This document shows, piece after piece, positions 62,371 through 64,000 of a stretch of DNA of 64,000 nucleotides. Position 1 is the first letter of the stretch. Each line of letters starts with the position of its first letter. The notes under the pieces are model-generated. The model had not been told where the DNA came from. It did not search any database and was given only the letters and a program-made list of their open reading frames with translations. A program made the translations under genes and the position numbers. The DNA comes from Lama guanicoe (Eukaryota): positions 5,529,842 through 5,593,841 of the forward strand of contig MU053557.1 of NCBI GenBank assembly GCA_013239625.1. The letters run 5' to 3'.

Positions 62371-64000
62371 CTAGAATCGGTCTCAATTTGCCTATCAACA
62401 CAACGAGAGGGGAGGTATAACTCGGGCGCTCAGGGCACAGATAGCTTTCCAAATGAAATACAGTTTAGGGAACCTCTCACCAAGGGCACAGACACACATT
62501 TTGCATACAGTTTGGGGAGGGGGGTCCAGCCCCTTTGTAACCTACCCTAGGCTCCCTGGTCTTGCTGAGGTTTTCTGATTTGGGAACAGAAAACACGAAG
62601 ATCAAATGCATGTTCCTTTGGTTGCAAAAGGTGCTCAGGATTTGGCATTCCCCTTTTGTGGAGTTTACATTTCCTCCTTTGGAGGCAAAAGTGCCCCTTG
62701 ATGCCACCTCTCACTCCTGCTTCTACCTCCCAGTGATATGGGCTCATTACTCTTGCTCGTTGGTTGGCCTCCCCGTTCCCTCTGGCCCTCTCCCCTTCTC
62801 TTCCTGCTGCTAGGATCTTAAGACAGCAGACTCAGTGCCCCCCTCCACCCGGAGAAATGGTCTCCCTAACACCAACATGGTCTCCCATCTATAAAACCTT
62901 TCAACTTCATAAACTCGTAACTGCAGAAATCTGTCCAAACATTCTGGGGCGGTTGTAACTATTGGTGTTGGCTTGCAGACCTGAGCTGAGCTGCCAGGCC
63001 TTTAATGAGGAAATACTTAACAGTCCCAGCCCAGAGTAACGGCCAGGGAGGGCGGGGATCCCGCCGATGGGTGCCAAGGAGCCTGAGCTGGCCTCCACGG
63101 CACAGTGGACAAGACAGACTGCAGAGCGTTTTCTCAGCAGAGTGAAATTGACTTAATCCTGTTACCTTTTACGGGTGTGGCTGGAAGAGGCCGAGATGGG
63201 TCAGAGACAGCGAGACAGCTGTCAAGAGCGAGAGCTTGGCTGGAGCTGAACTTTTGTGTTGAGACCCATATAGCCAGACAGATGAAAAAGGCGCTTTCTC
63301 CCTCCCAGGCTGGGGCATGCTGTCTTTTCCATGATTAATGTAGGGAGAATGGCTTAGATGCTTCCGAGGGCCGGCGGCGAGGAGAAGTGGTCCTTTTTTT
63401 CCTCCTCCTCAGGCGCCTGTCTGGAGGACGGTGGGCCGGGAAGGGTCAGTCATGTCGGTGGGAGCTGCTGCTGGGCCACCTGGAACTTGCACAGGAATCC
63501 ACATCACTGAACACCTAGGGCCCCTGGCACCGGGGAGGTGGGCTGCGGGCCACCTCAGGAAAAGGGGGTTGCTGCGGCCCCAGCCAGGCAGCTACAGAGA
63601 AGCAACTACCCATGGCATTTCCCCTCCCAAAAGCCACATGAAACAGTTCTTGGGGGAGAGGGAGAGAGAACACACTTCAGAAGTGGGTGTGAAAATTTGG
63701 GCCTGGCAGAAGAGGTGCCCCTATGAGAAGGGGGCAACTCTGTGGCCCTGGATCTCCAGGATAATTAATCTGAAGGAGTTCCCTTAGGACTGGTCATCAG
63801 CAGAAAGGGCTCATTGCCTGTGCGGTTGGAGGAAACTGCTACTCCCGTGACCCCTGGCAGAGGCGTCCTCTCCCTACAGTGTAAAGAAGGCCTGGGACCT
63901 GGATGGGGCCACACTTTGTGCCTGTGGCCTGGTGGGCAGTTCTAAAAGCTGGGTACCCAGAGGCATTAAGTTGGAACAGCACACCCGACCTCCCTGCATG

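Overview
Mammalian genomic DNA, most likely from a camelid: it carries four copies of a tRNA-Ala-derived SINE resembling the camelid Vic-1 family. Two protein-coding genes lie in tandem on the minus strand. ARSI (arylsulfatase I) is complete, with 2 coding exons (38743-38433 and 35032-33631, 570 aa) and a CpG-island promoter. About 7.4 kb past its stop codon begins CAMK2A (CaMKII-alpha), with promoter, exon 1 (26213-26152), exon 2 (11191-11097) and an exon 3 that starts normally at 4353; the gene runs off the left edge. The rest is intronic or intergenic and dense in old repeats (MIR, L2, L1M, MaLR/ERVL LTRs, hAT transposons, microsatellites). Nearly all other ORFs in the supplied track are spurious. 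The main anomaly is CAMK2A exon 3, which breaks off after 23 nt into an in-frame TAG at a G-rich tract and lacks its 3' part and splice donor; an assembly error is more likely than a real null allele. The most striking regulatory structure is six RFX X-box palindromes within about 465 bp of the CAMK2A promoter. I found no convincing evidence of a wholly new biological system. Comparisons to human, mouse and repeat consensus sequences are from memory, not database searches, and repeat boundaries are approximate.
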